The notes under the pieces were generated by a model. The model was given only the letters and a program-made list of their open reading frames with translations, did no database searches and was not told the origin of the DNA. From Trichoplax adhaerens (taxonomy: Eukaryota; Animalia; Placozoa), in assembly GCF_000150275.1 (NCBI RefSeq), contig NW_002060980.1, forward strand, positions 6,467 to 70,466: a stretch of 64,000 nt of DNA, written 5' to 3'. The translations under genes were made by a program, and so were the position numbers. Positions 57,172 to 64,000 of this stretch are shown here, piece by piece; position 1 is the stretch's first letter, and the number at the start of each line of letters is the position of its first letter.

Positions 57172-60100
57172 ATGTCTACTGCCTTGGTATCTTCATTTTA
57201 CGACGTTAATAATGTAATTTATAAGGTAAGTTCTCTAGGAAATAATAGCTCTAAATTATTAATAGACATAGTTCATTAGTACAGCCCTAGGCATAGGTAT
57301 GTAGGCAAAATGAATAGGGGACATTTTGATTAATTGAGAATCAGCTAAACAAGTATTTTATTAACTGGCCACTTGTTGTACCCAATCAATCCACACGAGG
57401 TGTTTTTTTTTTTTATCTATGTTTTTTCCTGTCTTTTCAAGGAAATAACATTTGTGATATAAACGATTACTACAATTTAAATTTCATAAGATTAGATCAC
57501 GTCCTTTTTTCTCCTTTGGAAATTAGCATATTAATCTCATACTGCTACTTGAAAATATTGATTCCTGACAGTGGGTTGTTTTGATTTTTTTCTTTCCATT
57601 TTTTGCTTACTGTATACCGCCTAGACTAGGTGCTTGCACCTATTGAAAAGTGACATGGAGATTTATGCTATCTACTCGAGTTGATAATGATTGATTTTGA
57701 AGTAAACTTAATGGCAATTGCCTGGACTGGTTGGATACTCAGTAGTGCTAGTCAGCTATCCAATTTGCCCACCCTTTCTCCAGCGCCTTAGTGATTCTGT
57801 CTTGCATATTATGAATATGGATTTTAATTAATGAGTTTTACTGTCATGTAGAAGATATTGTTATGGTTTAAATTAGCTGTAAAAGATAATGCAATAATAA
57901 TGAGTTGGGAAGTTTAATTGATATTTACTTTATAGTTACATTATCTTCCCCAAAAAAATGGACGGGCTACTTTATTGAAGCAGTATTAACGTATTTTGTT
58001 GATGTCATGGGAGAGAAAGAATAAACTTATCTTGTGGCCATTTTTACATTGGATTGATGATCATATTTGTATTGCGGTAGTTCAATTTGCAGTTTGATGG
58101 CTCTAAAAAATGATATTCGCAAGAAAAGTATCAGTCAACATGCAAGCTAATGTATTCTATACAGTATTACCGTGTACAAAGTAAGCAATAAGGCACATGA
58201 CTGAATTTGCAAACTATCCAGGGCAAGGATCCAATTGTAGCTGCAGTTGACACGATATAAATGGACGTATTGCCGATACAGTCCAATTTGGTAGTTTATT
58301 ATTGTTCAAACAATCATAACTGCGAGTTTTGTCAAGTAATGAAAGAATGTTTGCAGTGTATTATGAATCACTTTTCATTATTATTCACTGCATAGTTGAA
58401 TAATCAAGATGATACAATTAGGGTGGTAGGACTTACTTAATATAGACATGGCGAGTGGATAGAGATAGAAATTAACAGTAAAATGATTTAATAGCAACGA
58501 AAATTAGAGAATTACTTTGTCATGACGATGTTGTTGAGAAAATGTCGGTTACTGTATGCTACGTGTCCATTAGGCCTATTTCTTTACCTTGTCCAACTAG
58601 ACAATCCAAACCTTGTATTCGACTACAGTAGGATCATGTTAACCTTGATGAGCACTTGTTGCATTCATTTTACAGTACTGTCTTCATAATTAGTGTTACA
58701 AAGATTACAGCACGGATTTTGAAAATAAGCTAATAAGCGTGACTGCACTATTATGCTAATTGTGATTATCTAGAAGAAGAGAGAAATAATACGTTAGAAA
58801 AAAATGGCCTCCTTCCTGTACATGGTACAGGATATATCGAAGTAGATGATTTTTTATTTGTAATTCGTTGCTCCGAAGTGATGTACATTGCATTTTTCGC
58901 CTCAGCCATCTATCCTTCCGTGTCTAGCATGTTGAAAGCTGTCCCATGCTATAGACTTATGACGACTACTGTAGGCTTGACTTGAAGGGTCATTCGTTAA
59001 GGCAGCACATTGGAGTGCTCGATGATGTTTCCTTGTAAATACTTGTACTCGTACGCTATTCTCTTTTATCGTACAGTAGTACATGTCTTGTAAATGATTT
59101 ATTTTTTCCTAGTTAATTTAAATTCGTTCGTATCCCTACCCCCGGTAGACAAGCAATGTTAACAAATCACTTTTCATCCATTTTTGGGATGTTGATGAAA
59201 AGGAAAAATAGACATTAATTTGTGTACAGCATCGGCCAGGTATCAATATCACGTTTTTTAAATAGATGAATTGATTTAGTGTCTGTACAAAGGCAGATTA
59301 CAGATTGGAGTTTTTATCCGACCCTTTTCCCCTTTCCTGTATGGTTTTACCAATTAGTGTTAGGTTTGGATCGTTGTATCGAATCAATCGCTATAGTCTA
59401 TTGGATTCCATGGACGATGATAGGTCGTCAACGATTAGAGCGACTTGGCAGGAAAAGAGTTTTTAGGGGAGGGAGCGAATTGACAGACAAATGACAGACG
59501 ATACGATGCTTTGAATGACAATAAATTAGGGATTCTCATTAAATGCATGGCGAATAGATTGAATCTATTCTCCAAGAAATAGCATCCCCCTAGACGATGT
59601 AAAACTCCATTTGTTGCTGTCTAATGCGCTTAGGCATGCAGCGGCCATGCACCATGATTTAAAGGGATAGAGGTGAACAGCGCACATCAACCTGGCTAAC
59701 TCGTGGTCGTAGAAGAAACTGGAAATCGTGCGTCATGCATGCGTGTCGTGCCAGTGGAGCTGAAGTACAGTACCAACGGCCGGCCACGTTACGTAATCGT
59801 TGGTGGTCACCCTTTAGAAAGTGATGTGACTGTAGTAGTTGATGGATAGGCGTGCGTCACCTTGCGCTCCTTGTCAAAAACCTTTTGGACAGTGTACTCG
59901 GACTGCCATACATATCGCATGCGATTCCATCCATGAAAGGAGAAAAGTAAATTGAAAAATTTCTTGCCCATCCATTTGAGTAGTTTTACATCCTTGTCGC
60001 CTTGCTTTGAATGATTCTCTACTATTAGAAAAGACGCCCATTGACGTTGAAGGGAGTTGATGTTATTTCCCATTTTTTTTTTCTTTGTTCTACAGTACTT

Positions 60101-61663
60101 GGTTTCAATGCAAGATTAGATTACGTTAGATTAAGATTAAAATGAGATTAGCAACCAAGTCATCGGTGATAAAATATTGATTGAAAATCTTTTTTTTCCC
60201 CCCCTTGTTTATGTATGTGGATACGTGGATGTGGGTTATGATTGCCACTGTAGAATAACAACAAAGCACAATATCAAAATTCTTACGATCATAAAGGCAA
60301 GCACGATAATCGTCGACAATCGTCGTCTTCTTCCGCTGTCAATCACCATCATAATAATCAACATCCTCGACGAAACTCTTCAGGGTTAATCAGCAAATCT
60401 CATCATTCATCCATGATCAATGTTGCATCTGCCAATACCATGAACCATAATGGTCATAGCAATTCCAACAAAAATCATCATAATCATTTAGATCGTGGTA
60501 GTGAAAACGAGGATGAACGCAAACGAGTCATTAACTCAAGTCGTTACAAGACAGAATTATGCCGACCTTTCGAAGAAAGTGGTACCTGTAAATATGGCGA
60601 TAAATGCCAATTTGCTCATGGTATACACGAATTGCGAGCACTAGCGCGACATCCTAAATATAAAACAGAATTATGTCGAACTTATCATACTATTGGATTT
60701 TGCCCTTATGGACCACGATGCCATTTCATCCATAATGAAGATGAAAAACGACAACCATCAATCGGCAATAATTCATCATCCTCCAATAATGCTCCTCTCA
60801 ATACCAACACTGCAACCAATGGAAACTTAATCAATAAAAATGGACGTGGCCAACAACAACATCATCACCATCATCATCATCATCATCATCATCAAGGTTA
60901 TCAACAATCCATTCCACTACCTGATGATCACAAGGAAGGTGTACAAATGACCATGTCAAGATCGGCCGATTCATTTAAACTCTTGCTCGAGAAAGATGTT
61001 AGCGTTCAAGAAGCACGCCATGCTAAATATATGGTCAACAATAATCATAACAACAACTTGGCCTACTCCAATAATGATAATTGCAGTAATAGCAGTAGTA
61101 GCAACAGCAGCCAAACTGGTAGTACTGGCAGTAATGGCCGAATAGAGAACAATTTTAGAAATCACTATGGCAATAATAAAAAAATGCAATCTGCCAATAA
61201 CAACAACACTACCGCTTACAGTGTTATCGGTGGACATCGCCGAAAAAATCTATCCTATCCTACTACCGACAGCGGTAATTATTCACCGGTCGCTTCACCT
61301 ATTGCAATACAACCACCGGCAGTAGTGGAAAATTCAAATACGTTATCATCGCCATCACCACCGGTTCAACAATTTCGTTCGCTTAGCTTAGGCCAACCGG
61401 AAAATTTCAACCATAGTGAATCACCGGTTATTTACAACGATATTGTGTCATTAATTGGGCCAGAAAGTAACGCCTCTGACGATGTCTTTGAAAATAATAA
61501 TCAACACTCGTCTTACGACAATTCTACCGATCAATTATCCAACAATGACAGCGGTAAAATAAGTGATAATGAAGATAGTGCTAGTAGCAATAGCAGTGTT
61601 TGCAGCGGTATGGACGATTTAAACTTGCGTCGTTTACCTGTCTTTGATAGCTTTCTCAATTAA
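57172..61663 (+). CDS. ZFP36L: Tristetraprolin/TIS11-family tandem CCCH zinc finger mRNA-decay factor (ZFP36L1/L2-like), 2 exons, ~487 aa
   Basis: Exon 1 at 57172-57225 encodes [18 protein letters not shown] followed by GTAAGT. Exon 2 starts at 60254 (ctgtag|) and is open and in frame with ORF 60413-61663. Tandem fingers [18 protein letters not shown] and [18 protein letters not shown]; C-terminal CNOT1-binding motif RRLPVF. Confidence 0.95.
59178..60050. promoter_or_regulatory. Candidate intronic enhancer of the ZFP36-like gene
   Basis: CArG box CCATTTTTGG (59178-59187), PAR/E4BP4 palindrome GTTACGTAAT (59788-59797), CRE half-sites CGTCA/TGACG (~59731, ~59855, ~60042) and a locally GC/CpG-rich island at 59620-59930. 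Confidence 0.35.
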
Positions 61664-63236
61664 GTTCAAAATAATTCAAGCCATGCTAGTTTGCGCTCAA
61701 CGCTATAGTAAACTGTATCAACATCATCGTCAAGTGATACAGGTATGGGTACAAAAAATAACATTGCAACCACCTTGTTAATTTAATAGACACAATAATT
61801 AAAAAGAAGAATATTAAGCAACTTTAGCCCTCAAGGAAAGAAATCGTAAAATAAATTGCAACGGATGAATGGTTGGTCTCTGTGCTAGTACAATGAATAC
61901 ATACTGCTGTAATGGATAATTGAATATTCTTGGTCAAAATAGAATTGTGACTATTTTTAAGTCGAGATTTGGGGGGGATTGCATTCATGTATATTAGACA
62001 TACGCACTATATATAATTCATATACATATTGTATTAACAGTATACAGACATACCCTCTAGTATGATGTACTTCAGTCAATCGTAAACTATTTGGACGCTT
62101 AAAAAAGCGATTAGGATTATCTACGATTTATCTCTATCGTTGATATTAAGATTTTATATTATCTAGTCGCTGAAGCAGTCGATAAAATGCTGTATCATGA
62201 ACATGTACCTAAACTGCTAGGGTTAGGAAATTTTCTTAACATTATACGGATCTTGTGATTTCAACTACAATTAATATTATTAATAAGGTACTACGGCATA
62301 ATTAATCCAGATGTATCCCACTTTAATATCTAGTATTTATTCCTTACCCTCATGCAAAAGTACCCATCAAATAATGCTTCTCAATCTAATTACCTCATTG
62401 TAAAGTACAGTTGGTCCACTTGCATGAAAAATTATTTATCGAGACGCATATTTTTGATTGAAACTTTTTTTTCTCCTTTGATTGTTTGATTTTATCTATT
62501 CTAAGCATGTACTCTTGTCACCTGTACCTACCAAGAATATATTACAGGAATGATTGATCGATTCTACTTTGAACAATTTTGATACTTCTCTATGCAGAGG
62601 ATATTTTTGGGGGGCATGTCTTTTTGTCAACAAAAATGGTAAAGTAACTTACTAACTATTGCATCTTATAACAATATTTTATTTGGATAGGAGGCCTATA
62701 TTAATTCAAAGTTAATGTATCGATCGATTTGATGCTACTAGTGATTTTTTTTCAAACATGTTAGTCGCCCAACTGACAAATTATATAGGATAATTGCGTC
62801 CAATAGATCTATATTTGTATCGCGTATCGCACGCTTGATGTATGTGATATAGAGATAGCTATACATGCATATTCGTATATACAGTATAGTATTTTTTTGT
62901 TTTTTTAAAATATGTTGAACTCTATTCATGGCATCTTACGAAAAATTGTTCGCTGTGTTGATTGAAAATGTATCATCCTCAACTAAGTTGAACAGTGCTA
63001 CACGAAATTTATGTCATACATAAGATAGAAATTGATAGATGTCAATGCACTGAGCGCCATGCTTATGCGTGATTGCATCGTCATCCCGTACATCATCATT
63101 AGTATGGAAAATAGTGCAAGTATCACTCTTAATAGAGATCTCTATTTCGCTAATCATTGTTCTTTGTACGCTTTATTCTGAACAATCGCATTTGTTTTCT
63201 ATGTTTTCACTGGTAAAATCATGTGAGGTAACAAAG

Positions 63237-63275
63237 TTATTTATTTACCTGTCAAGACCAATTTATTAATATTTA
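63237..63275 (+). promoter_or_regulatory. AU-rich element in the putative ZFP36 3'UTR
   Basis: TTATTTATTTA contains the TTP-binding nonamer UUAUUUAUU, with ATTTA at 63261 and 63271, about 1.6 kb after the stop codon. UTR extent is unknown. Confidence 0.4.
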
Positions 63276-64000
63276 AAAAGTAATCGGAGAATAACTTGAA
63301 GAATAATTTGCTTAGACAATTACTTTGTTTGCTTTTATATTATCAAATTAATAACAATCAGCACAAAGAGATAAAAAAAAATGGAGAACTCCTTAATATC
63401 GTAACAAGAACACCATCAATGCAAGACTACTGTACTATTATTTTGGATCTTCATCGACCAAGGAACATGCTTTTATTATATAATACACAAGATTGCATAA
63501 AGCACCGACATATCGAACGTGCATCTTGATTTAATTTATCCAACATGACATGAATGACGAAGAAGCATCATTTATCAATAACGTTCTTTAGGCACTTTAT
63601 ACTTTTATCAAGTCTTCACAATTTTTTCTATGTTATTACGGTAACTATTTTGTTTTTTATTAAGTATCTATGCAACACATAATATTAAATGTTGTCAATG
63701 TAAGTTATAATTATTTTTTTTTCGTATTATCTTATAGCTACAATAATTCTTGATGCTAATGACTTAAAAGAAAGAATCAGTAATATATAGATCATTCCAA
63801 TAGCATGCTATTATAAATTGAAAGAATCAGCTTATAGAATAATCATAAGTTGATTTACTTCTATCGTATCTGATTCATGGAAATCACTATTTTGATTATG
63901 ATGTTATTGGTATTGTACGTCTAATATTAGAATGATTTTTCTTGGCTAAAAGATGTTTATAAATTAATATTTGTACCGTCATGTATGAAATTTGATATTT

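Noticed and set aside
60413-60415. ORF-track Met as the ZFP36 start
   Set aside because: The frame is open back to an acceptor at 60253, and a family-typical exon 1 exists at 57172.

Overview
AT-rich eukaryotic (animal) genomic DNA with many short introns and abundant TACAGTA/ACAGT runs. Gene style and repeat content suggest the placozoan Trichoplax; this is an inference and was not checked against a database. In order: a minus-strand rDNA unit (5' part of 28S, ITS2, 5.8S, ITS1, most of 18S) ending at a 770-N gap; a 5-exon C16orf89/UPF0764-like gene (-) with a C-terminal TM helix and sorting-motif tail; a 7-finger ZNF410 orthologue (+); a repeat-rich block at 15.7-17.9 kb that includes an LTR-like element with a second copy at 36.8-37.1 kb; a multi-exon ATG2 (+); an intronless DHX8/PRP22 (-); an SBF/MTMR5-13-like locus (+); about 10 kb with no recognisable gene; and a two-exon ZFP36/TIS11 gene whose first exon (57172-57225) is missing from the ORF track. 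In the SBF-like locus the DENN-encoding 5' half (about 35.7-39.9 kb) is frameshifted and invaded by repeats, while the pseudophosphatase and PH exons remain largely open. The best leads are the apparent loss of the DENN module, the apparently retroposed DHX8, the extra ZNF410 fingers, the membrane-anchored C16orf89 homologue and the ZNF410-ATG2-ZFP36 linkage. All alignments were done by eye against remembered family sequences.
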